From Trichoplax adhaerens (Eukaryota; Animalia; Placozoa), in assembly GCF_000150275.1 (NCBI RefSeq), contig NW_002060949.1, positions 4,036,449 through 4,100,448 on the forward strand: a stretch of 64,000 nt of DNA, written 5' to 3'. Both the position numbers and the translations under genes were made by a program. Below the pieces are notes generated by a model. It searched no databases. It saw nothing but the letters and a program-made list of their open reading frames with translations, and was not told the DNA's origin. Numbering within the stretch: position 1 is the first letter of the stretch; each line of letters starts with the position of its first letter. This document shows, piece by piece, positions 1 through 12,224 of the stretch.

Positions 1-3000
1 ACGTATAAGAAATAAGAACTCATTTGTCTAATCTACCTAACTCACAAATTGAATATCCTCTCTAATAGAAGTTAAAATTTTTGTTACTATAGAATAGCCA
101 TAAATGAATTGAGCGTCAAGACTTTGAGCTAAAAGGAATCGTTCTCATTCAAAATTGATTTTCTTCTCTTCTACGTAAATCAGTTAGAACGTTCAACTTC
201 GGTATAAAACTAACTTAATTAAGAACAGAAGATACAAGGACTAAGTGCATCAATGCAACCAATGCATGGGTTCATTTACTTTTGGAAAACAATCAATCAA
301 GTCATGATAGTGGCAATCGAATTTCTTTAATTACAAGTTATTAAAAGGTTATTGACGTAACTTCTGGCAGTTTAATTACTATCTAATGAAGTCATTTATT
401 ACCTGTAGTTTGGCTAATGAAAACAAAAAATAAATACAGAAGACGATGTATAGAAAGATCAGTTATGCAGTAGGATAATTTTAGTACGACTAAGTTATCT
501 AGTAACTTTCTATTTTTAGATTGTATCCAAATTAATCTTTTTCACCTTTACTACAGTATAAATAGAATTAACCGAGATTAGAGACGGTAAAAATAGCCGA
601 CCGGCTTTTCAAGACTGCACAGTGCATACATATACAACAGAGCGATTCCTTTCTCTGATGTAATTGAAACTTGATTTGCAGGTTCCGTTTCTCAGTCACC
701 GTGAAAATTTTCCAGACTTTTAGGCACATTTCCGTTCATATGTTTATTATTTAATAATGATTTCAATTTAATTCCTATGATGAATAAAAAAGTGTATCAT
801 CTATCTGATTCAGTTGATTGGTGTTTCAGAAATAAATCATTTCTTCCTTTAATTTATATAGCCTGTCATGTTCATTAACTGCCAATCATTATTAAGCAAA
901 TGATATTGATTTGCAATAGTTTTGCTGTTGGATTTCCTTTAAAAGGCTATCCAATAATAGTCAATGATATAAACGTGATTGTAAAAATAGTGTTATTAAC
1001 CGTGATGGAAATATTATTGGATACTACTCTAGTTTGCCATCCACATTTGCACTGGAATTTGAATCCTTATTAATCATCAATACTAGGTTGAAAATACATT
1101 GGCTTTCAGTTATTTGAAAAAAAAAAAGACCGCAACTGTCAACCACTTTGTTATTTTATATCCTTATTTTATGCCAAGGGTTATTCAGTACAGGGAAAGG
1201 CTTGATTTGAATTCAAAAGTTGGTCTATTAATCTTCCATTTTGTTGGATTCTAAATTAGAACCTACGCTACTCTATTTTAACAACATCGTTTCTTGTTGA
1301 TACGCATCGTTCATGATTATCAGAGAGTACAAGCATTGGGGGGGGGGGAAAGAAGAAAGGATTGAAAATGGTTTTGAATGAAAATAGAATAATAAATTAT
1401 TAATGTATCATTGTCCTATTGCTGTATTCAATTCGCTCTTCGTAATCAATATATAATAATAATAAGGTATTTAGTTGGTATAGGCCTATGGGGTAGACCA
1501 TCTGATCGAAATTATATTGATTCGAAAGATTCTTTCAAGTCAGAGCAAATACGTTTGCCATCTTATCATGATGACTCCATAACATGTACCTGGCTTTGCT
1601 AGTCATCATTGAAAGCATGACTATTCACATTTTTATCCTATTTAACTCTTATTGACAACATTTATGAGGATATGCGAGTCGTATTTTATTTGACTTATTT
1701 ACTTGCAAGCTCAATAAGAAGGTTACTTTACGGGATGCTTTTATTCTTTCCCTTTCTCTCCTCCCCTCCCCCTATTTCTATTTCTAAATCAAATTTATTT
1801 ACATTGAGTCATTCTAGCCTTAGATAGGATGAACAAGGTGACGGTTATTCTTACTTTTTCAATCTCTTTTTTTATTTTTTGTCAATGAAATTATAAAACA
1901 ATATCCATTCGTATTATTTGAAAAAGCATATGTGTATTAAGGCTACAGTGTTGCTCATTATTGTGGGTAACTGGATTACAGACGATTGCCATGGATGCCT
2001 AGAATACTTTTTCCATAATGCTGCTATTGTAAAGCTGACTAACACCACGTTGAAACTATTTAAATCCGCTTTAATTACTTTATTTATCCATGCAGGTAGT
2101 CGTAAATTGGGTGATGTCTATTTCTTTATACTAAGGAATAGAATGGCCTTTTGTATGACTTGTCTGAGAAAATTAGGAAGGATTATCCAATATAGAATTA
2201 TGTCTTGCAAGACAAAGTCTATTGACTTGAGACTGTGAATACTTTACTGTTACTGTCATTGAATTGATGGGTAATTTTGACGGCATACAGCGAGTATCGA
2301 GAGAGGTTTAAGTCATGGACTACGAGAATGCTAGATAATCTGCAGTAACACATCTTTAAAATATCGACGTTATACTACGCAAAACTAACCTAGCAGACTA
2401 TCTCTATGTTGGGTTGTATCATGACCGCATTTTGAGCTTTTTATCCGTCTCTTATTTCGCACCATGGCAACGAATATGGAGCATAGTTGTGTAGAGTGTA
2501 CTTCAGTCGTGAGTTGGACGCAAATTTGTGTCGGTGTGATAGGTATACAAGAATATAGAATTATAACTTGATTGGCGAATCCGATAGCGATATGCTGTAA
2601 AATGGTTGTCGGAAACGATAGACGTATGCTCCTTTTTGACTAACTTCTGGCTTGTCTCTTTAATGGTCCGCGCTCATCTATATTACAGTATACTGTAATG
2701 GAGCTAAATCACTCCACTCAATTATAGAACGGGTTGTTGTCTAGTTTACATAACGAGTTGCATGAAAATTTGTTCCCTTTGTGCCGCGGTAGTAAATATA
2801 CCAGGAGATAGTTATAACATGATTGGTACATTCTATAACGCTATAGAGATGCTGGCGAAATGATCTGCCTAATATACGCGTATGCTTCTTTTGACAGAAT
2901 TCATGCTTGTCTCTTTATTGGTCTGCAATTATTTCCGCTGTCTTGGACAGACATCTTACTGAAGCTCCTTCCCTCATCGTGAACGGTCTATCTACTGTAG

Positions 3001-3419
3001 TTCTTGATAACATCATTCTACAGTAGCCTATTGTGAATAGGAGTGGAAGTTATTACTGAAATCAAGCTCGCTTAGGTCTCGCACAGCACCATTTATTAGA
3101 TTGAATGTTGTATATGATGGCTACAATGAAAAGTCCCTGTAAACATCTCCATGTTGATATTTTATTGGAGCAAGGTACAGCCAAGCCATAAAGAGAAAGG
3201 TAGTCCAAAGACCAGATTTCTTCTACTGTAGCTGCAGTATAGTATCTCAGCATACAATGTAATATTATGGCCCACTTATCTACTAATCATTGTAGCTGCC
3301 GGACTTAGAGTAATAAAGTTTCTCTTCTCTAAAACAGATCTCTCTCTCTCTCGTCTCAGTCTCTAAGTAGGAAGACATATTATTACATACAGTACTGTAG
3401 TATACGGTGTGATTCATTT

Positions 3420-3580
3420 GGTGTGGTGGATCTTGAGGTTGACTAATGATACTTTCATAAAATGCAGCTTGCGCTTTGCTACCAGTTAATTGACTTTATT
3501 GAGCTGCTACCAATAAATTGTGGTGGATGTTGAGGTTGACTAGTGATACTTTCATAAAATGCAGCTCGCGCTTTGCTACT
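3420..3580. repeat. Direct duplication, 2 copies about 100 bp apart
   Basis: gtggtggat(c/g)ttgaggttgacta(a/g)tgatactttcataaaatgcagct(t/c)gcgctttgctac occurs at about 3423 and about 3520. Confidence 0.85.
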
Positions 3581-3726
3581 AGTCACGACACAGACAAGCG
3601 TTTTGATAACATAACCTGGTGATAATTTGTAATCTATGATTATTAGAACTTATCTATTATAATTATAATTATCTGACATAACATTACGCTACGGTTTTGG
3701 ACTTTGTGTATTAGTGTAACTAACGA

Positions 3727-3870
3727 TACACCTATTTGAATGATAATTCTCAACATTTGCTATCAGATTATTGACACACCTATTTTGAATGATTATTCTC
3801 GACATTTGGTATCAGATTATTAACACACCTATTTGAATGATTATTCTCAACATTTGGTATCAGATTATTA
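3727..3870. repeat. Tandem repeat, 3 x ~48 bp
   Basis: acacctatttgaatgattattctcaacatttggtatcagattatt repeated three times with minor variants. Confidence 0.9.
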
Positions 3871-4217
3871 AGGATGGAATAAAATACTTCATATATGAAT
3901 CAATTTGAAGTAAAATTGATATCAATCGATAAGTGGATCCTATGAAATTTGATCCATTTTATTATCAAAATTGCCCACTAAATTCTGCACGGATTTATCG
4001 AGATCGAAATTGATCATCGTCAACAGTAGACCTAACACTCTCAACCGTAGAAAGTTGGAGCGTTCAGCCAGGTGCCTGAACGGGCATAACAGCAATCGTG
4101 CCAGCTGGGGACATCTCGACAGGAGTTCACTTGCTAGTGAAGTATATATAGACGTTAGCCTTCATGTACTGCAGCTTTGATGGCCATAGTCTTGGCTACA
4201 GCACAGTCAATCAGATC

Positions 4218-4845
4218 GCAGATCGCTCTAATTAACTCCCCAATGTCCCAAAATGGACAAGCTTGTCCTTATCCTGATCGTTCTACTTGCTCATGCCCAT
4301 ACTAACTCATATAATAAAATTGCAGATCGCTCTAATTAACTCCCAATGCCCCAAAATGGACAAGCTTGTCCTTATCCTGATCGTTCTACTTGCTCATGCC
4401 CATACTAACTCATATAATAAAACTGCAGATCGCTCTAATTAACTCCCCAATGTCCCAAAATGGACAAGCTTGTCCTTATCCTGATCGTTCTACTTGCTCA
4501 TGCCCATACTAACTCATATAATAAAATTGCAGATCGCTCTAATTAACTCCCAATGCCCCAAAAATGGACAAGCTTGTCCTTATCCTGATCGTTCTACTTG
4601 CTCATGCCCATACTAACTCATATAATAAAACTGCAGATCGCTCTAATTAACTCCCCAATGTCCCAAAAATGGACAAGCTTGTCCTTATCCTGATCGTTCT
4701 ACTTGCTCATGCCCATACTAACTCATATAATAAAATTGCAGATCGCTCTAATTAACTCCCCCAATGCCCCAAAAATGGACAAGCTTGTCCTTTTCCTGAT
4801 CGTTCTACTTGCTCGTGCCCATACTAACTCATATAACAAAACTGT
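4218..4845. repeat. Minisatellite, 6 x ~104 bp, upstream of RMC1
   Basis: Unit gcagatcgctctaattaactcccc...ggacaagcttgtcc...ataataaaa starts at 4218, 4322, 4425, 4529, 4633 and 4738. A/B variants alternate. Each unit has the 14-bp palindrome GGACAAGCTTGTCC. Confidence 0.97.
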
Positions 4846-4964
4846 ACAGAGGCAATTTAGCGCTCATTCTGTATGCTGGAACACATGATCAGGAATACAG
4901 AAGTGAGAATCACTGTCAGACCGATAGCTCTCTCTCTCTCTCTCTCTGTACGGTAATAACAGTG

Positions 4965-5113
4965 ACATTATTTTTGCGCTAGCGCTAGACATAGTACAAA
5001 CTACGAGCAAAAATAATGTTCTCTCTCTCTCTCTGTCTTAGTACATTAATAATAGTGACATTATTTTTGCGCTAGCGCTACACATAATACAAACTACGAG
5101 CAAAAACAATGTC
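4965..5113. repeat. Two copies of a ~56-bp inverted-repeat (hairpin) element, each preceded by a (TC)n tract
   Basis: acattatttttgc...gcaaaaataatgt at 4965-5019 and gacattatttttgc...gcaaaaacaatgtc at 5057-5113. Confidence 0.85.
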
Positions 5114-5124
5114 GTAATGATCGT

Positions 5125-5197
5125 GTATAGTACACTGTACATTTAGTACTGTACAGTGTACAGTACAGTACTATTGGCTTCTTGCAGTCTACAGTAG
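5125..5197. promoter_or_regulatory. CAGTA/TACTG pentamer island in the putative RMC1 promoter
   Basis: tagtacactgtac...gtactgtacagtgtacagtacagtac lies about 150-200 bp before the ATG and is followed by a CpG-richer stretch (5200-5335). The regulatory role is inferred from position only. Confidence 0.5.
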
Positions 5198-5336
5198 TGG
5201 TCCGTCGTACGTCGTCCTGGACGGACCGGTCCTAAGCGAATCGCGAACGGGTGACAATATCACTCCAATTGCACCAGACTGCACCGATCCTAAGCCAGCA
5301 GTTGTTGCCTCCTCGGTTGCCATCGAATCGCTGAAA

Positions 5337-8300
5337 ATGGCCAGCCATTACTTATATTTATCTTCCAATCCTATCAGATTTACTCCGGTTAATCAACACA
5401 CAAATGTATTTTTCGATGAAGCCAATGGTGAAGTAAGTCGATTTAGTGATAGACTACTATCATAATAAGGATAATACTGTAAAAGTGGTTGTGCTACTGA
5501 GTGGCACAGCTCTCTATTCTCAGTAGTAGAATATAGAGATCGATTGATTGTATACGAAATCGGATTGCCATACGCTTGTCTTATGCGGATTGAGCTAGCA
5601 AGAAGTAATTTTATCAGACTGTAGACGCTCTAGTGTATATCCCACTGTATCGCTATGCAATAGATCGACAGATTAGGCAACTTTATCGTCTTGTTACTGT
5701 CTCTTCCATGGCTAAACTAACATCATATTTTCAATAAACTAAAATATAGGTATTTACTCTGGATAGGAAAGGAGGGGAAGAGGATGATTCTGCTTTAGTT
5801 GTTGTTAAAAGCCTTCATGGTAAAAATGAAGTACAATTTAGGTAAGATTGCAATGCTATAGTGTTACTATCCAGCGCTTGTATTTTATACTTGTATGTTA
5901 TTTTACCAAATATAAAGTGTATCAACATGCATTAAGCCTGATCACAACATCCAATATCGTTTTATGTCTTCTGTGCGTTGTATATGCGTACGTGTGGATA
6001 GCATCTATAAAAACGTACTGTAGCTTGAGAAGATGGATGATCTATTTGCTCATGCCGTTATTAGAACTTAGCGATCAATACAACAGTTCAATATGTTACA
6101 CCTGTAGAAGAATACAATACATTATCCAAGCGGTGACTATTTTTTTTATACTGTACTTTGAAACGATGGGTATTGAATATTACTACAGTATCATGGACAG
6201 ACTAGCAAAGATTTCGATGACGTACTTACGAGACGATTGCTAACTTCCACTTTACTCCGAAGGAAGAATATGACTGTAATTATTTTATAATCGAAGTCAA
6301 AATTTTCTGGACCTATTGACAGACCAGCGAACGTGTCGATGATCAATCAGTTGACCGAAAATGAAGACATGACTTGAAAAACAATTCAGTCATCACCTCT
6401 TAATACCAAGAAATATTCTGTAGTAAAGGGGCAACAACGGCGAAATCCATGACTATACTACCGTTATTATGGCAATAAAGCATATTTGGGACTGCATTGT
6501 TACTGTAGTTTCCGAATGATCTATTACTTGACTGAAAACGCAGATACAGTATAACTTGAAAACGATTCAGTCATCATCTCTTAATACTAAGAAATATCCT
6601 GTAATTGCCTACACTACAAGTATTATGTCAATGAAGCACACTTGGGACTGGATTGTGACTGTAGTTTCCTAAGGGTGTAAAGCTCTATCCATTTTAAAAA
6701 TGATTGCTATAAAATCGCTTGATGATGGTGGTAAGCCTTCTAGTAGTATAATGAACGCCACTTGCACTAGATGTTTTCATAACGATAAACCACTCTTTTA
6801 ATGATGATAATAAGGGTTGTAACGATCAACTGAACGCTCTTTAAGCTAGCTCTAGTATTGAGTGATTTAGGTAGTCATTCCATCGGCGCTGCACTGGGCA
6901 TGCTATATAATATAAGTAATATTGCACGATTGCATTATTATGCTAAATGAATCTACTATAACTTAAATGATCATCCCTACATGGTTACTTTTGTATTAGA
7001 TGGATTAAAGAGTCATCCGTTACTTTACGCAGTAGTACACATCGCTTTTGTTGACGTATAAAGGATATTGTCTGTTACTAATACATTGGCATAATTTGTA
7101 CTAGGCTGGAACATGGTAGCCAAATTAAATCTATTAAATTTTCACCAAATCGAAATATCCTATCTGTCCTTCGCTCATCTAAGATGGTGGTATGCATACA
7201 GCTGATTTTGAACTACAAGTCTAGCTATCATAATAATCCTAACTAATGTACTCGACACTAGTTTAAAGTACTAATATTGCACATACTGATGCTATGATAT
7301 AATACGGTTGTAATAAATGATAAATAGTCCGTTCTATAATCAGGACTGATTTTTTAAATACAGGATACATTGAATAGGTAATAACCACTGATGCTAGATT
7401 AACTTTATTTTATTTTCAAATTATCTTTCACTACAGACATTCATCAACTGCAGAAATTTTAACTTTGAAGATATCGAATATCGTCAAACGTGTAAAGTTA
7501 GTATTTTGATAGAGTGCTTAAATCCTATAGTAATCGAACAAATAGTAGAGTATTACTATTGCAGTATGCATCAGATGCGGACTAGTCATATCAAAATTTG
7601 TTAAAATACATATTTCTAACTCTGGCCAATCATATACGAATAATCTCATAATCAATTGATGTAACTAACATATGCTGTAGAAAATGTAGACGAAAGAAAT
7701 TTTAAATTCTGAACTATTATCGATACGAAAATGATTATTACAATATGAATATATACTAATTTCAATTCATAAAATGCCATTTTACAAGTTTAGATTAATT
7801 CCTTACCTTTCCACTTCATTTAGTTCGACACACTATAATTAGGCTTTTAGTGAAACGACCTCGTTAAAGTATCCAAATGAATTAGGATATAACTTGTGGA
7901 CTAATTTCGTTATTGATAATCGTATTTTGTATGTATTTACGCATAGAGTCAACGTGCCGAAATTACCAGCTTCCATTGGACTAGCAATACAGAAGTTGTA
8001 TTCATTACCAATCAGAGTGTTGAATATTATCAGGTAAGAAAATTATTTATGAATGAGATTAAAAAAAACTGCTGAAGGTATACTTGTACTAGTAGTGCAT
8101 TTTATCTGCTAGTAGTTGTTATGATTCATTTATTTGCTATTAACTATTAATTTAAAAAATTGTAAGATTGTCAATTGGTTATCTTCAATTTTATAAATTA
8201 AATCCTAAGTCCGTTCTAATCGGTTGTATCAATTTATGCCTTTCTTTTTTTAGGTTAATCCGGATCGCAATGTTGTAAAGTTACTGAAACTTTATAGCAT

Positions 8301-11300
8301 CAATGTAAATTGGGCGATCTTCCAAGTAAGATACTTTCGATGACGTGCTTATTAATAACTTAGTAATTTTATAATTTCTTACAAATAAAATCACTAAAAA
8401 AGTATTATTAAATTCACTAGCCTCGGTTCTCCACTTTAGTGGTATCGTCATCTGCCAGTAGCACGTTACTTCAACCTTATATGTTTCAGGTCAGTTATGT
8501 TTTTAACTATTAACTTCAAATTGGGTTATACGCGCACGCATTTCAATTATTTAAGATTATGTATACATTTTTATATCGTAGAATGGTCAAGTTAACAAAT
8601 TACCAAAGTTCGAAGTAGCGAAAAGTTTAACATCTGAAGTACTGCAAGAACGAGATGTGGTTGTAACTGTAATGTACGTATATTATAGCTTACTCTTTTA
8701 AGCTATGATTACAAATACCATATATTGGTCACCATTTTTGCTAACTGTCCAAGTGTTTCCGATCTTTAGATATGGCCAACTTTATATTCTTGTTTTGAGA
8801 TCTGTACCTCGTTCACAGAACGTAACATTGTCTGCTCCTTCCCTTGGTAGCGTAGCTGGTGATATAGTTATGTATGCTTTATACAAGTGAGTCTTAGAAA
8901 TCGTATGTAAATACTGTATAGACTTTAGCTAGGAATAGAATACTGAATATTTGGTTATATTTATTCCTTAATTACGTTAGAGATAGCCCTGCAAGAGTAG
9001 CTGCAATTTTAAGCGTAAATATTCCTGGCAGTTTCGCTACGCATATTGTTGTAAGTGATCATTATGAAAATTAATTACTCGCTTAAATTTCTTCAATAAG
9101 CGTGTACAAACGCCTTTGGATCAGTGACTAATTCTACTTTTGACATATTTGGATAGGACAATTTAATTTTGGTTCATCATCTAAATGCCAAAGTATGTTT
9201 TCCACCCATAGTTTGTTCATAATTAAAAAAATAAATTTACTCCAGTTAACGGCACATTTCTTCGATTGGTATCAGGTTTCGCTGTTGTTTGACATCTTTC
9301 ATTCTATCAATGATCCGGAACAAATACCAACAATTTTTCCAATTCTTGCACCTTTACCAATTGAAACTACACGTATCACATTCCTAGGTACTCATGATAT
9401 TAAATATCTTCAATATCTGCTTAAACAAATATTATTTTTTGGCGCTCTTTTAATTTTATCTGATAATATTAGGTAGTGAACTTGTACGAGGCGTTAAGGA
9501 AGGCGCAACTTATAACTGCGAACATTGTAAATTCCATTTTTGAATATTTAGCTATAATCTAACTAATTTGAATTGTGTAAATATCATTTTTTTGTTTTTC
9601 ACATTCACTTTTATTTTAAATAGATGCTCCTAGTTGGGTCACATTTCAACCAAATATCGTCATTGATGCAAAATTAGGTAGCTATAGCGATAACCATAAA
9701 CAGGCGTGAATATTTCATCTTCCTTGTAGTTAATTCTCTATGAAATTGTTCCACCAAGGTTGCATTTGGCAGATGTATGTCAAATTGAACGTATTAGAGA
9801 CAATGATAACTGATAAGGTATATACGGTTGACTGCTTCGATTACTAAACTAATGACTACAAACTTTGAAAAGTTTGAACTTATCTCCCTCATCCTTTCTT
9901 CCATACCGATATAGAATCAACTATTGGACATTTTATTGCTAAGAAAGAAGGGCAAAGAGCCAATTATCGACTTGTGTAAACAAGGTATTACGCCCTTTTA
10001 AGTTAACTTGACGGACAGCTGCTTCTTTTACTGGTATAATATTATTAAACGCTTATCTAATTTTATTATGATTACAACAAATTTACTTGTGCTAGCTTTG
10101 ACTCCTGGCGAGCAAAACACTTTACAGGTAATATCAGCGATTTTTGATCAAATTAATATAGCCTATAAAGAAACCGTAACCAATACAGAATCAAAGCTGG
10201 CGAGTATTGATCTTATTCCTACTAAATAATTGTGGTGACTGCTGTAAGATTAGTTTACTAATATTAAGGTTTATAAATTAACTAACCTAGCAGAATCCGT
10301 TAAGAGGGATATTTGATAAATCTTCTCAGAGGTAATAAACGTCAGAAATATATTTTCGTAATTTTTTTTGTAAATGAATAATGTTTTGGTCATTTATTAT
10401 ATTACAGAAGGGTAAAAATAGACCAGTCTGAATTATACAGTAAAGTCTTGACATCATTCCTTGATAATAAAGTAAGTTGATGATTTATAAAGAAATTGCT
10501 TGGAAAGTGCTATTTATTAATGTTATTTCAATAAATTTCTAATGTGGTCTTTTATAGAAAGCAAATCGAAAATTTTTGATATCAGTACTCATTGATTACA
10601 TCCGGTCACTAAATTTTTGTCGTTTATCTGTACAGGTAAAAAGTTGTGTATATCCTGACAATTTTAATATACAAAATCGGTTATGAATTTTCTTATTATA
10701 TCATATTGTCTCTTAATATTGATATTTCTTAGTACTGCATTTGCGAATTATTGATAAATTTAATAGTCGAAAACAAATCCTTTTATCAACTACATCAGGT
10801 ATGTATCTGAAATTTTGCTACTGATTTGCAACGTAAACTAATTTCAATATCTGTGCGATATCTTAGCTACTTCAATACCGTATCTTGACGGATTCAAAAC
10901 CTTTGGTAAGTGCACAATGATGTACCGTTATAAATTCTGTAAAATTCATTTTTTAACGTTATTCTATCAGGCATGTTTAGTACTTTCATTGGAAAAAGCG
11001 TATCCTCCCGCATTTCAACTAGCAATGGATATGCTGAAGGTAGAATAGTACAACTGAATCTATTTCAGACCAACACTTACAACTACTCATTTATAACATA
11101 CTTGGAATGATCAATTTACTGAATACTACTTTAGAGAATACCTTCATGCAACGAAGATGTAGTGGAAACTTTATTGTCGAAGAAACATGTATGTATGCGA
11201 TAACAATATTTACCAGGTTCTTTGTTTTTGTACTTTCTAAAGTTTGTACAATTACTATATTCCTGTAGATATTAGCTGCACTACAATATACCGAAAGTAT

Positions 11301-11674
11301 TGGTCGTGGTGATAGTGTGTCTGCTCGTAAATACTTGGAATTGGCTCAGAACAGTGGCGATAAAAAGCTGCTCTTTACTGGTTAATGTCTACAATATTGT
11401 AATGTGTAGATACAAATCCAGTTAATGACAAATGCTCGTTTTTACAATTTCATAGTTTTGAATTATTTTGAAAATCGAAATCTACGCTTAAGAGGAACAC
11501 CAGAATTTGCAACAGGTTTTATTCCTATTTGTGTATAATTTTACAAGACATTTAATGATAAAGAATTCCATTAAGGACGTTATCGTTTCAAGATTAATTC
11601 TTGTTTTCATCATTTGTGTAGAGGAGTACTGTAGTAAATTTGTACAACAAGTACGACAAGATTATCAATGTTGA
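5337..11674 (+). CDS. RMC1: Regulator of MON1-CCZ1 complex (C18orf8/MIC1) orthologue, about 27 exons
   Basis: Spliced translation: MASHYLYLSSNPIRFTPVNQHTNVFFDEANGE (5337-5432) | VFTLDRKGG..VVVKSLHG (5750-5841) | IKSIKFSPNRNILSVLRSSKMV (7105-7189) ... LPKFEV..LQERDVVVTVIYGQLYIL ... SWVTFQPNIVIDAKLG ... IDQSELYSKVL ... LQYRILTDSKPLACLVLSLEKAYPPAFQLAMDMLKR ... VSARKYL ... FENRNLRLRGTPEF, stop TGA at 11672-11674. These match the recalled human C18orf8 motifs VFFDEANKQV, DSKPLACLLLSLE and RNQRLRG. Confidence 0.93.
6370..6670. repeat. Diverged direct duplication in RMC1 intron 2
   Basis: acttgaaaa..attcagtcatca(c/t)ctcttaatac..agaaatat and tttgggactg(c/g)attgt(t/g)actgtagtttcc each occur twice. 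Confidence 0.75.
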
Positions 11675-12224
11675 GCATCGGAAGGCAAAGATACACACTT
11701 ACGGTACATTCCTGAGACTACGTGGATTATGTGGGGTATCTGAATTCTTTTCATTTTCATTAAGAAATTGGTTGTTGTGGTGAAATTTATAGATTACTGA
11801 CAATATCATGTTTTATGATATTATAACAACGTTCCAGATTAGGGTGTTACAATCTATGTAAATATACTGCTATGTGTTATATATAAAATATGTCCTCCTA
11901 CATATATAATGACAATCTCCTTAACGCTAAACATATTTACATTCAGTTAGCCAAATCAATTGATATAAGAGCTACTACTGTACTTTCTAAGACTTAACTA
12001 TATCTTTAATCGTAATGAATACCATCATATGTATAGCATCTTATAGAACATAGTTTCAGACCCTTTCAGTACAAGCTACTTCGACAAATAATTATCTAAA
12101 AATATTGAATAAGGAAGGAAGTACAGTACTTATTTGTACATATAAGTTGATAGCTTTATAAATACCTAAAAATGAGTAAATATATTAACTATCATGGCGG
12201 TTTTCAAAAATGACCGTTTTAGCG

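Noticed and set aside
1480-1500. GLWGR in ORF 1411-1602, resembling a GLWamide neuropeptide
   Set aside because: Single copy, followed by Pro (poor cleavage context), and no linked signal-peptide exon was found.
4218-4845. Tandem arrays as CRISPR arrays
   Set aside because: Units are fully repeated with no unique spacers, there are no cas genes, and the context is eukaryotic and intron-rich.
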